Positions 1 through 10,412 are shown, numbered from the stretch's first letter. The stretch: DNA of 64,000 nucleotides from Desulfobacterales bacterium (GCA_963668645.2 CAXXWC010000001.1:192001-256000); one strand, 5' to 3'. The notes: generated by a model from the sequence alone, not told the origin. Numbers and translations are program-made.

Positions 1-843
1 CTGACCAAGGGCGCCGGTGAAAGCCCCCTTCTCGTGGCCGAACAGCTCGCTGTCGAGAAGCGTCTCGGGAATGGCGCCGCAGTTGACCTTGATAAACGGC
101 CCGTTTTTGCGGGGCGAAAAGCTGTGGATCGCATTGGCGATGAGCTCTTTTCCCGTACCGGTTTCACCGAGCAGGAGCACCGGGCTGTCAAGGGGGGCCA
201 CCTGCTCGACCATGCTCATGACCATGCCCAGGCCGAAATCGGCGCCAACGATTTCATCCCCCGAAACCGAACGCAGCTCATCCCGCAGGTACCGGTTGTC
301 ATCGGCCAGCATCTGCTTGAATCGGATGACCTCCTGGTATTGCAGCGCATTGGCCATGGCAATGGACATCGGATCGCGCAGCAGTCGAAGCAGCCGGGCA
401 TGTTCATCGGTATATTGATTCACCCCGTGTGCAAACAATCCCAGGTTCCCGATTCGGTTACCTTCGAGTTCCAGGAGCATGCTCATATATGAGATATCCT
501 CTTTAAGGCCGAGCCGTTCGAGTATCTGCGGGCTTACCTTGTTCGGATCAGGCTGGTTCACGATTCGGATGACCTGGCCGGCTCTCCAGAAGGCCGCCCC
601 TTCGCGCCGCCCTTTTGCGGGCAGATGCAGAATTTGCTCGCCGCCTTCCGGCAGGCCAGCGCCGGCGACTGCCACAAACCGCAGAACATTTTGTTCAAAA
701 TCCAGCAGATGCAGACTCATCTGCATCACCGGAATGAAAAGCCGGATGTATTCGTAGCAGCGTTTCAGACCCGCTTCGATATCGAGGCTGCTGCACAGGC
801 GCAAGGTCGCTTCGCGAAAAAAAAGGTTCTGATCTACGCCCAC
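1..843 (-). CDS. Sigma-54-dependent transcriptional activator (bEBP); 3' end runs off the window
   Basis: Not in ORF track. GTG at 843 after GGGGAGG RBS reads MGVDQNLFFREATLRLCSSLDIE; the same frame at 1-60 reads LLDSELFGHEKGAFTGALGQ (GAFTGA signature). Confidence 0.93.
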   Translation of the reverse strand, partial: MGVDQNLFFREATLRLCSSLDIEAGLKRCYEYIRLFIPVMQMSLHLLDFEQNVLRFVAVAGAGLPEGGEQILHLPAKGRREGAAFWRAGQVIRIVNQPDPNKVSPQILERLGLKEDISYMSMLLELEGNRIGNLGLFAHGVNQYTDEHARLLRLLRDPMSIAMANALQYQEVIRFKQMLADDNRYLRDELRSVSGDEIVGADFGLGMVMSMVEQVAPLDSPVLLLGETGTGKELIANAIHSFSPRKNGPFIKVNCGAIPETLLDSELFGHEKGAFTGALGQ

Positions 844-893
844 CGTCTTTCCTCCCCTGCGCCATTTTCCCCATGACAAGACTCGCCGGTTTT

Positions 894-952
894 TCGTACC
901 ATAGCGCATAATCGTCCCATGGCGCAATTTATTTCGCCCCACAGGACGAAAT
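894..952. promoter_or_regulatory. Candidate upstream activator sequences for the bEBP
   Basis: Direct repeats TCGTACCATAGCGCA (894-908) and TCGTCCCATGGCGCA (912-926), 13/15 identical, plus inverted repeat ATTTCG-N10-CGAAAT (931-952), 60-120 bp upstream of the -24 box. Confidence 0.5.
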
Positions 953-1011
953 CCCCCTCCCCTGGATGATCGCCTTTTGATAACACACTGAAAGTATATC
1001 ATAAAATCACC

Positions 1012-1026
1012 TGGCACGCCTGTTGC
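1012..1026 (+). promoter_or_regulatory. Sigma-54 (-24/-12) promoter
   Basis: TGGCAC-GCCTG-TTGC matches TGGCAC-N5-TTGC exactly; 31 bp before the 1058 start and divergent from a bEBP gene. Confidence 0.9.
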
Positions 1027-1057
1027 CAAGCCATGGGAAACGCGAAGGAGAATCACC

Positions 1058-1345
1058 ATGAAATGGATTGAAATCATCACGACCCGTTCCCCTGAAAAAA
1101 CAAACAGGCAACTGGCCGATGAACTCTTGCGCCAGCTTATCCGGCACAAGCAGTCGGGACTGGCCGCCTCGATAAGGGTTTATCGCTGCCCGGCGGTGGG
1201 CACGGATTTGAGTATTCACATCCATTGGGAAACAGAGATGCAAGATCCGTGCAAAAGCCCTCTTGGGCAACAGCTTTCATATGCGCTCAAGCAACTGGGG
1301 CTGCTCAGTTATTCCATTTGGGTGGAAACCGCGGCCGTGGAATGA
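1058..1345 (+). CDS. Small hypothetical protein (95 aa), first gene of the sigma-54 operon
   Basis: ATG with AAGGAG RBS directly after the sigma-54 promoter; soluble alpha/beta-like pattern. Confidence 0.8.
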   Translation: MKWIEIITTRSPEKTNRQLADELLRQLIRHKQSGLAASIRVYRCPAVGTDLSIHIHWETEMQDPCKSPLGQQLSYALKQLGLLSYSIWVETAAVE

Positions 1346-1420
1346 TCTTCGGTGAACCCACCCATGCAACCATGAGGACAGAGGCGCTCAACTTTGGGTT
1401 CGGACAATAGGAGTGGCGTA

Positions 1421-2554
1421 ATGCGATCCACATTAACGGTCTTTTATTTTCTGGCTTTCCTGTTGCTGGTTTCCTGCTCTCAGGACAAAGGCGGTTCGCC
1501 GCCCGCCGACGATGCGATACCGGTCAAAACGGGAAAGGTGCACCACGTGCAACAGCGTGAATTCGTATCGGTGAGCGGCACGGTGACATCGCCGGACGCT
1601 CCGGTGTGGGTTTCCTTTCTGGTCTCGGGGAAAGTGATTCGCGTGATGCCGCGGGAGGGCGATTCCGTGGAAAAGGGGCAACTCTTGGCGGCCATCGACC
1701 CCATCGACTACACGCTGGCGTTTCAGGCCGCCTCCGCCCAGGTCGAACAGGCCAAAGTCGCCCTCGATCGCAGCAGGGACGAATACGCCCGGATGGAATT
1801 CCTCTATCTGTCCAGGAGCCTGGCGGAAAATGATTTTGAAAAATTCAAGGCAGCCCGGTTGGGCGCCAAACATCAGGCCGATCAGGCCATCGCAAATCAA
1901 AAGCTTGCCCGAAAGCGCCTGGGCGACGTGTCGCTTTACGCCCCGACCGACGGCTATATTTCAAGGCGGTCCATCGAACCGGGCCAGAGCGCAGGCCCCG
2001 GGGCCCCGGTTTTCGAAATCGTGAAGCTCGATCCGGTGGAGATCAACGTCGGCGTGCCGGAGACCGACATCCACCTTGTCAGGGTCGGAGATACGGCAAC
2101 GGTCACGATCCCGGCTCTGCGGGCGGCGCTGTTCGAGGGCAAGGTGCGGGTCATCAACGTATCGGCAGACCCCAATACCCGGACCTACATGACCCGGATT
2201 ACGGTGCCCAATCCCGCCCATATCCTCCTGATCGGAATGGTTGCCGAGGCCAGGATTTACGGAGACCGGATGGTGGACCGGATGACCCTTCCGGCCGAGG
2301 CCATCTTACAGGACCCCCAGGGGGCGACGATCGTTTTCGTACACTACCCCGAGCAGGGGCGCGTCTATGCCAGGCGGGTCGTGACGGGATCCGCCTACGG
2401 CCGGGAAATTGCGATCAAAAGCGGCCTTTCAGGAGATGAGGCCGTGGTTTTTGCCGGCCAGGGAAAGCTCCGGGACGGAGCCATCGTCTCGCTGGTGGAT
2501 GGAACCGCTGCCGGGCAGCCCCAGAACCGGCCTGAAGAAAAAGAGGTGCGGTGA
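1421..2554 (+). CDS. RND efflux periplasmic adaptor (MFP), lipoprotein
   Basis: AGGAG RBS before ATG 1421; lipobox LLVSC; lipoyl-hairpin motifs SGKVIRVMPREGDSVEKGQLLA and LYAPTDGYI; TGA overlaps next ATG. Confidence 0.93.
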   Translation: MRSTLTVFYFLAFLLLVSCSQDKGGSPPADDAIPVKTGKVHHVQQREFVSVSGTVTSPDAPVWVSFLVSGKVIRVMPREGDSVEKGQLLAAIDPIDYTLAFQAASAQVEQAKVALDRSRDEYARMEFLYLSRSLAENDFEKFKAARLGAKHQADQAIANQKLARKRLGDVSLYAPTDGYISRRSIEPGQSAGPGAPVFEIVKLDPVEINVGVPETDIHLVRVGDTATVTIPALRAALFEGKVRVINVSADPNTRTYMTRITVPNPAHILLIGMVAEARIYGDRMVDRMTLPAEAILQDPQGATIVFVHYPEQGRVYARRVVTGSAYGREIAIKSGLSGDEAVVFAGQGKLRDGAIVSLVDGTAAGQPQNRPEEKEVR

Positions 2555-5500
2555 TGGACCCGGTAAAGTTTTCTCTTCGTTATCCGTCAGTTACGCTGAT
2601 CCTTACCGCCATGGTGGTGGCGGTCGGACTCTATTCCTTTTTCAACATGCCACGCACGGAAGACCCGACCATCACCATTCGCACCGGCCTGGTCATCGCC
2701 CTCTATCCGGGCGCGACTTCCGAGCAGGTCGAAAAGCAGGTCACCAAAACCATCGAAAAACACATCTTCAAATTTCCGGAGATCCGCAAGGAGAAAACCT
2801 ATTCAACCAGCCGCCCCGGCCTGGTCATCATCAGCGTGGAACTTGAAAATGACGTCAAAGACGCCGACATCGTCTGGGCCAAGATCCGCCACGAGATGAA
2901 CGAGGCCCGTGCCCTCGATCTGCCCGAGGGGTCCGCGGCCCCATCGTGAACTCGGATTTCGGCGACACCGTGGCAATGTTGCTGGCGATCCACGGCAAAC
3001 GCTATGGCTACCGCGAGTTGCGTGACTACGTGGACACGATCCAGGACGAGCTGCGCACGATTCGTGAAGTGGGCAAACTGGCCATGTACGGCGAGCAGCA
3101 GGAACAGATCTGGATAACGAGCGACTTGGAGCGGTTGTCGCAGTATTTCGCCGACCCGTTTAACGTGTTCCAGGCCCTGAGGCAGCGCAATGTAATAGAA
3201 AGCGCCGGCCATTTCGAGGCCGACCGGACGAAGCTTCCCCTGCACACCACCGGGCTGTTCAATGCCGAAAAAGACATCGAAAATGTGCTCGTGGACGTCT
3301 CGCGAACCGGGCAGCCGGTCTACATCCGCGATTTTGCCGAAGTGCAGCGGCGATACCAGGACCCGATCTTCATGGTGCGCTATGACGGCAGACCGTGCCT
3401 GCTGTTGTCCGTTGAAATGCAGAAGGGCAAAAATATCGTCGAACTCGGGGAAAGTATCCGCGACACCTTCAACCGCCTCAACGCCCTGCTGCCGCCGGAC
3501 GTGCAGGTCGATCTGATCGCGGACCAGCCCACGGTGGTCAAGGAGCGCATCACCCATCTGAGCCAAGAATTCATGCTGGCCATCGCATCGGTCGTGCTCG
3601 TCACCATAATCCTGCTGCCCATCCGGGTGGCGGTGATCGCGGCGCTGGCGATCCCGATAAGCATACTGATGACCCTCGGGGCCATGAACGCCATCGGTGT
3701 AGCGCTGCATCAGGTCTCCATCGCGGCACTCATCGTGGTGCTCGGAATCGTCGTGGACAATGCAATCGTGATTGTCGACAACTACGTCGATCTTCTCGAC
3801 CGCAAGGTCCCGCGGCAGGAGGCGGCCTGGCGCTGTGTTGCCGAAGTCATCGTTCCGGTCCTTACCGCAACCGCCACCATCATCTTTTCTTTCCTGCCGT
3901 TGCTGATTCTTACCGGATCGGCCGGCGAGTTCATCTGGGCACTTCCCATAACCGTGGCCATCGCCCTGGTGGTGTCGACCATCGTGGCCGTCATGCCGAC
4001 GCCGATCTTCTGCCGTTTCTTCGTCAAAAAGGGGCTCCACGACAACGAAAACGGCAGCGCCACCCCGGGCAAGGAAAAATTCAACTTCCTGAACTTTCTC
4101 CAGTCCGGTTACAGGGTGGCGATCGCCTTTTTCATGCGCCACAAGCTCCCGGCCATGGCCATGGGCGCAGGCGCCATCGTGATTGGGCTGGTCCTTTTCA
4201 GATCCGTGCCGCAACAGTTTTTCCCGTCGGCCGAGCGCAACCAACTCGTCATCGACGTCTGGATGGCCCAGGGCACGCGCATCGAGGAGACGGACGCGGT
4301 GATGCGCCGGATGGAAGCGTACATGCAGGCAAGAAAGGAAATTGCGCACTTTGCCGCCTTTATCGGCCAGAGTGCACCGCGGTTTTACTACAACGTCAAC
4401 CCCCAGCAACCGGATGCCGCCTACGGACAGTTCATCGTCAACACCCATTCGGCAAACCAGACCCCGGCATTGGTGACCGATCTGCGCAGGTCCTTTGCAT
4501 CGCTGGCCCCCGAAGCGCTGGTCATCGTGAAGGAACTGCAGCAGGGAATGTCATTGGAGGCCCCTGTCGAGGTGCGCATCGTGGGCGAAGACATCCGGGA
4601 ACTGAAACGCATCGGTGCCCAGGTGGAAGGGCTGCTCGTTCAGGTCCCCTTTTCGCTTTTCGTTCACCGCGACTATTTCAACGAATCTTGCATGCTGGAC
4701 GTAAACGTCGACGAGGAACTTGCGAACCGGCTCGGGGTCACCCACGCTTTGATATCCAAGCAAGTGGACGGCGCATTCAACGGACTGCCGGTGAGCACGT
4801 TCTGGGAAGGCGACCGGGCGGTGACCATCCTACTGCGTCTGGCCCAGACCTCCCGTTCCTCTTTCAGCGATGTGGGCGATGCCTACATCAGTTCTCAGTT
4901 GACCCGTGCCAGAGTGCCGCTGCGGGCCGTCTCCACGCTGGCGCCGCAATGGCAGACCAGCCGGATCGTGCGCCGCAACGGCGTCAAAACCCTGACGGTT
5001 CGCGCCTTCGTGGACAGCGGCCACTATGCATCGGAATTGATCGAGACGGTCCGGCCAGACATTGAAAAACTGCCCCTCCCGCCGGGGTACAGGATCGATT
5101 ACGGCGGCGACAAACTCAACAGCGACGAGACATTGCCCGAGATGCTGACGGCGCTGGGCATAAGCCTGGTCGCCATTTTCCTCACCCTGCTGATCCAGTT
5201 CAGGCAAGTATCGACGGCCCTGATCGTCATGTCCTCGATTCCCCTTGCGCTGCCCGGTGCCGTCCTGGGACTGATCGTTACCAGTAATCCGTTCGGGTTC
5301 ACCGCTTTCATGGGACTGATCAGCCTGTGCGGGATCGTGGTGCGCAACGCCATCATTCTCATCGACTACATCAATGAGAAGATGCGCCAGGGACAAACCC
5401 TGCAACAGGCGGCGACGGAGGCGGGCGAGCGCCGCCTGCGGCCGATCTTTCTAACAACCATGGCCGCCGCCGCGGGGGTGTTGCCCATGATCCTTTCCGG

Positions 5501-5913
5501 GTCGAGTTTGTGGAGTCCGTTGGCCAGCGTTATCGCCGTCGGGCTGATCTGGTCCATGTTCATCACCCTGCTCGTGGTTCCGGTGTTGTTCGTCATCGTC
5601 AAGTCGCGCATGTCCAAGGCATCTTCCGCGGCGTTGACGGCGATGCTCGTCGTGGGGTTGTTGCTCACGGTGAATCCGGTCGTGGCTGAGGCCCGGGACC
5701 TCACCCTGCCCGAGGCGATCGAGCTGGCCCTGAAAGAAAATTCGGCGATAAAAATCGCCCGCTTCAAAGTGGACGAAAAGGCAAAGCGGGTCGCTTCCAC
5801 AACCGCGGACTACTATCCGCACCTGTCCAACGAATCCCGCTATATCGGGATTTCCGACCAGCAGCTCATCTCCATTCCGGCCGGCGCGCTGGGAAACGTC
5901 CCCGGTCTGGGGC
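2554..5913 (+). pseudogene. RND permease (AcrB/AcrD/AcrF family) fused to the N-terminus of a TolC-like domain; frameshifted at 2928-2931 and IS-interrupted after 5913
   Basis: ORFs 2551-2949 and 2946-5918 join into EGVRGPIVNSDFGD if one G is added to the G4 run; GIVVDNAIV, GIVVRNAII and RLRPIFLTT motifs; frame continues without stop into LTLPEAIELALKEN (OMF N-terminus). Confidence 0.88.
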
Positions 5914-7835
5914 CATGATGATTTCGTGCTGATTCGATAAGCCATTAAACTCCAAGTGGTTATCAAAACATCTGGACAACCCCTTGATATTCAGCTATAT
6001 AGCTCCCCGGCAGGTCATCTTTCGTTAATGGGGGGCGATGTGTTGTATCTCAAACAAGTCGTTGTTCGGTTAGTTCGCCGGAATCAAGATCAGCGCTTCC
6101 AGAGCTTGATGCACCGGCATCATTACTTGGGCGCCTTGCCCAAAATCGGTGAAACCCTGCGATATGCGGCCTGTATCGGTGATCAATGGGTCGGCTTGGT
6201 CAGCTTTTCCGCTCCCGCCCTCAAATGTGCTGCTCGCGATCAGTGGATCGGTTGGCCCTTTAACCATCAGTTCGATCGGCTCAATTTGTTGACCAACAAC
6301 AGCCGTTTTCTGATCCTGCCCGACTGGCATCTGCCAAACCTGGCCTCGCGCATTCTGGCCTTGTGCCGAAAAAGACTGCCCGCCGACTGGCAAGCCGCTT
6401 TCGGACATCCCGTGCTGTTGCTCGAAACCTTCGTCGATCCCGCGCGCTTCAAGGGAACCATCTATAAAGCCGACAACTGGACTGCGGTCGGAAACTCCAA
6501 AGGTTTTCATCGGCACGCCAAAGGATACAGCGACACGGCCGACTCACCCAAAATGGTTTTTGTCAAACCGTTGCGCCCCGATGCGCAAACCCTCTTGTCA
6601 CAGACCATGCTGCCACCGCTTTATCAAACAGGAGATCCTAAAATCATGCTGCCGGCTCAACACATGCAATCTTTGCCCCGATTTTTCGCCGACATCCCCG
6701 ATCCGCGACGTCCCCAAGGCCGACGCCATCGTCTGGCAACCGTTTTGGCCATCGCCGCCGCAGCAACCCTGTGTGGCATGCGCGGCTACCAGGCCATCTC
6801 CGATTGGGCCAACAGCCTCGGACAAAAAGCACGCCGGCGCTTCCAATGCCGCTACCGAAACGGCCACTACAGCGTGCCGAGTCTGTCGATCATCCGCGAT
6901 GTGCTCATCCGGGTCGATCCGGCACGCCTCGACGACGCCCTGCAAAAATGGAACAGCATCCACGCCGGCTGCGACCAATGCCTGGCCATCGATGGCAAAA
7001 CCATGTGCAACGCCATTGACGATCAAGGCTATCAGACCCACATCATGAGCGTTGTCGGCCATACCACCAGTGCCTGCTACACCCAAAAAAAGTCGGCAAC
7101 CTGGCCGTAGACGACCAAAAGGTCAAGCGCACCAACGAAATCAAGACCGCCCAGCCCCTGCTCGATGCCATCAAGATCGAAAACAAAGACATCACCGCCG
7201 ATGCCCTGCTGACACAGAGAAAGTTCGCCGAATACATCGTCGAGCAGCGCGGCGCCCACTACCACTTCACCGTCAAAAACAACCAGCCCGGACTGTTCGA
7301 CGACATCGGTCTGTACTTCAAAGACCGCGGCCAACCCGATTTCATCCTTTGCGACCCGCCCGACCACGGCCGCATCGAAGAGCGCAAGATCTGGACCACC
7401 ACCGAACTCAACGAGTTTCTCGACTTTCCTCACGTCCAACAAGCTTTTGTCATCGAACGCCGATGCACGGACAAAAAAAGCGGCAAACAATCATTTGAGA
7501 TTGCTTACGGTATCACCAGTAGACCTGCCGAGCAGGCCGACGCCCGATGCCTACTGGCCATAAACCGCGGCCATTGGTGCATCGAAAACAAATGCCATTA
7601 CATCATCGACTGGAACTTCGACGAAGACCGCAGCCGTATCCGCAAAGGCCACGGGCCTGAAAATATCACCCGGTTGCGCCGTTTTGCCGTAAGCGCAATT
7701 AAATCCAAAGGTGTGCGCAGCGTGGCGCAAAAAATGCGCCAACTGGCTCGCAACGTCCGCTTGGTCTTCGACTATCTGGCCATGACTGACAACTGCCGGC
7801 CGACCGCAACACGGGCATAGAACAAATTCACCGTG
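5914..7835 (+). mobile_element. ISAs1-family insertion sequence, 1,922 bp
   Basis: 10-bp direct repeat GGTCTGGGGC at 5904-5913 and 7836-7845; imperfect terminal IRs CATGATGATTTCGTGCTG vs reverse complement CACGGTGAATTTGTTCTA (12/18); removal restores host frame NVPGLG-QFPVE. Confidence 0.93.
5956..7820 (+). CDS. ISAs1-family DDE transposase with N-terminal DUF4338 domain, two frames joined by -1 shift at 7085-7092
   Basis: Frame 0: NNSRFLILP, NLASRIL, LLETFVDP, GTIYKADNW (DUF4338), IPDPRRPQGRRHRL, LAIDGKT. Frame -1: TNEIK, ITADALLTQ, VKNNQP, HWCIENKCHYIIDWNFDEDRSR, TAG at 7818-7820. Start codon uncertain. Confidence 0.88.
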
Positions 7836-7845
7836 GGTCTGGGGC

Positions 7846-8954
7846 AGTTTCCGGTTGAGAAAACCACCATCGACCAGGGATCATCGACGCTTTTGCTCAG
7901 TGTTACGACGCTTCGTCAACCGCTGACGCAGCTCATCAAGATTCACCATGCCGCGGAAATCGCGCGCTACGACCGGAAAATGGCCAGGGCCGAGGCCAGG
8001 CAGACGGAAAATGACGTCATCCTTGCCGTTCACCAGCTCTATTACGGTCTTCTGGCGGCCGGAAAACAAAAGGAGGCGGCCCAGGCCGGCCTGGCAGCGG
8101 CCCTGGAACTCCTGCGCGATGCCGAAAACGCGGTCCGTTGCGGAGCCGCCCTTGAAGTGCGCCGCAACGAGGCCCTTACGGCCGTTCTGCAAAACAGGCA
8201 GTCGCTCATCGCGGCGGATATCCAGATCGCGGACGTCAATTGTGCCCTGAACGAAGTTCTGGGGCTGTCACTGGATACGGAGCTTGAACTTTCCGACCCC
8301 GGCCCGCCGGGCGGCGTGATTGAATCGTGTGAGCACTACCTTCAGGCGGCCCTTGACGGCAATCCTGAACTCGAAGCCGCCAAAGCCGCTGTGGTCAAGG
8401 CGCGCAACGGCGTAAAAGCGGCCTATGACGAATACATTCCGGATGCCGGTCTTTTTGCCAGCTATGCGTACCAGGACGGGGCGCCGTTTCTTACCAGCGA
8501 TGTCAGCACGTTCGGAATCATGATGAGCTGGAATATCTGGGACACGGGCAAACGCCGCGCCGTGGTCGGTGAGCGCAGGGCCCGTCTTTCCCAGGCCGAG
8601 GAAAACCTCCGGAGGATCAGCGATCATGTGACTGTCGAAGTGGGAAAGGCCTACCGGAAGCTTGAGCGCACAAAGAGCATGATCGACGTTGCCAAAGAGG
8701 CGCTCGCCCTCCAGCAGGAAAGACTGCGCCTGATTTCAAACCAGTTCAAAGCCGCCACCACCAGTCTTTCTAAATACAACGAAGCCGTCGCGGCGGCCAA
8801 AAAGACTGAATCGGACGAACTTCAGGCACGCCTGGGCTACTGCCTTGCCATGGCCGAACTCAATCGCATTGTGGGAAAAGGCGCAATTTCGTGCCCCAGC
8901 AGCGATTCCGACGCAAAAAAGCCCCTCGGCGGCACCCGAAGGGCTTCTTATTGA
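7846..8954 (+). pseudogene. TolC-family outer membrane factor domain, distal part of the IS-disrupted fusion
   Basis: OEP-repeat patterns (VHQLYYGLL, ALDGNPEL, SWNIWDTGKRRA, VGKAYRKL); in frame with upstream part after IS removal. Confidence 0.87.
8915..8946 (-). terminator. Rho-independent terminator on the minus strand
   Basis: AAGCCCTTCGG-GTGCCG-CCGAGGGGCTT stem running into a T tract, about 35 nt downstream of the tRNA 3' fragment. Confidence 0.7.
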
Positions 8955-8980
8955 TCCACTGGTTTACTGTGATTTCTTGC

Positions 8981-9008
8981 TGGTGCTGGAGGTGAGAATC
9001 GAACTCAC
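8981..9008 (-). other. Orphan tRNA 3'-end fragment (probably Leu-type), att-like scar
   Basis: Minus strand GTGAG-TTCGATT-CTCAC-CTCCAGC-A-CCA: perfect T arm, acceptor 3' strand, discriminator and CCA; no matching 5' half upstream. Confidence 0.75.
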
Positions 9009-9413
9009 AGGATATCGAACAGGCCCACAAGAAACTGACAACAGAATCAGATTGATCGCGGTGAAAAACCGCTTCTCAAGGCTGGAGGGTATGAATCCGG
9101 GACGCTCACAGATCCTGGTCATGGCGAAGCATTTACCAGGCTGGAAAGTAGTCAGTACCAAAATCCGATTAAATGCCTGAGCCTATCGTGACGGAAAATA
9201 GACTGTAGGCCTCCAAATTCCGGTTTCCCGCCGAAGGCGTTGTCCAAAGCCGCAATTATTGTTTGAACCATCCTCACCATTCTGCTATAGCGATCCTGTC
9301 CCGATCCCCCCAAAAACAGGTTGCGACAAGACGTCCCCCACGTCCACCGATCCGGCCCACGCGCCAGCCGGCATGCCCATGCCGTAAACGCCGGCCCTAC
9401 TTATGGAGGTGTC

Positions 9414-9875
9414 ATGACAGTAATCGCCAAAGACATCATGGTAGAGTCTTTTGACACGATCGATGAAAACGCCCCCATCCACGAAGCCCTGAATATGATG
9501 TTCAAAGGCCGGGTCCGTGAAAACGGTCAAAAATCGAGCAGCCTCCTGGTCGTCGACGACTGGCAGCAGTTGACCGGCGTCATCACCATGTACGATGTGC
9601 TCTACCATCTGCGCCCCGACTTCCTCAATCACGGCATCGACGCCGACGTGCTGCCGTGGACTGGTCAGCTCAAGACGGTGGTCGCCCAACTGACGCGCAA
9701 GACGGTCAAGAAAGTCATGAGTCGTAACGTGACCGGCGCCGGCATGGAGGAGCACATCATGGTGGTCCTTGACCGCATGATCAAAAACCGCTACCGGCGC
9801 CTTCCTGTCCTGAAAAACGGGATCCCCATGGGCGTCATTTATCTTTCCGACATCTGCTACCATATCTTGTGCTGA
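9414..9875 (+). CDS. Stand-alone CBS-pair protein
   Basis: GGAGGT RBS; AKDIMV, LLVVDD, LTGVITMYDVL, KKVMSRNV, RRLPVL, GVIYLSDI. Confidence 0.9.
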   Translation: MTVIAKDIMVESFDTIDENAPIHEALNMMFKGRVRENGQKSSSLLVVDDWQQLTGVITMYDVLYHLRPDFLNHGIDADVLPWTGQLKTVVAQLTRKTVKKVMSRNVTGAGMEEHIMVVLDRMIKNRYRRLPVLKNGIPMGVIYLSDICYHILC

Positions 9876-10074
9876 GTACAGCGAAAGTACGAAGGTTTTA
9901 AGCTGTCCGCCCTGCGTCGAACCATGCGGCTGAGCGGCATTCGGCCAAAGTGGATGGCTCTAATAGGGCGGTATCGATCAGGACCTGTTCGATCAGATCG
10001 GTCATCCGTTGCGTTTTGAGGTCTTTGATCGTTTCCTCATCCATGATGTTTTTCATCGTTTGTCTCCGGATCGC

Positions 10075-10327
10075 TCAGATCAGTTCGGTGGCCGCCAGGC
10101 GCACGTGTTCGGCGCCGACAGTCAGTGATCTTTGTTTGGCGGCCACGATCAGCGCGCCGCGGGCCAGGTGGTTGGCTTTGCGCAAAAGGCCGCCGGAGCC
10201 CTGGTGCAATGGCGATGACGGCCGGATCGTCAAACGGGTTGTGCTCAAGGCCGGCGATGGCCAGGTGATGGACGAGGTACTGTTTCATTTCCTGCAGTTT
10301 GAGGCCTTCCAGATAGCTGCGGGCCAC
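10075..10327 (-). pseudogene. C-terminal remnant of an ExeA-like AAA ATPase (transposon-associated type), frameshifted
   Basis: EMKQYLVHHLAIAGLEHNPFDDPAVIAI, then one extra base, then HQGSGGLLRKANHLARGALIVAAKQRSLTVGAEHVRLAATELI-stop; Walker motifs absent. Confidence 0.7.
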
Positions 10328-10412
10328 GACGCGCGAGACCAGCTATCAGGTCGCATTCCTCTTTCGTAGGGCAAATTGGATCCACAGTGTCAAACAGTTA
10401 CGGGGGGGCGTT

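Noticed and set aside
17..876. Plus-strand ORFs 17-418, 34-492, 479-757, 625-876
   Set aside because: Antisense shadows of the minus-strand sigma-54 activator.
5956..6620. A Druantia defence system
   Set aside because: Only the DUF4338 domain is present, inside an IS; no DruE-like helicase or other dru genes.
7833..8954. Independent tolC gene starting at GTG 7833
   Set aside because: The GTG belongs to the IS right end; no RBS or signal peptide; the true N-terminus lies before the IS.
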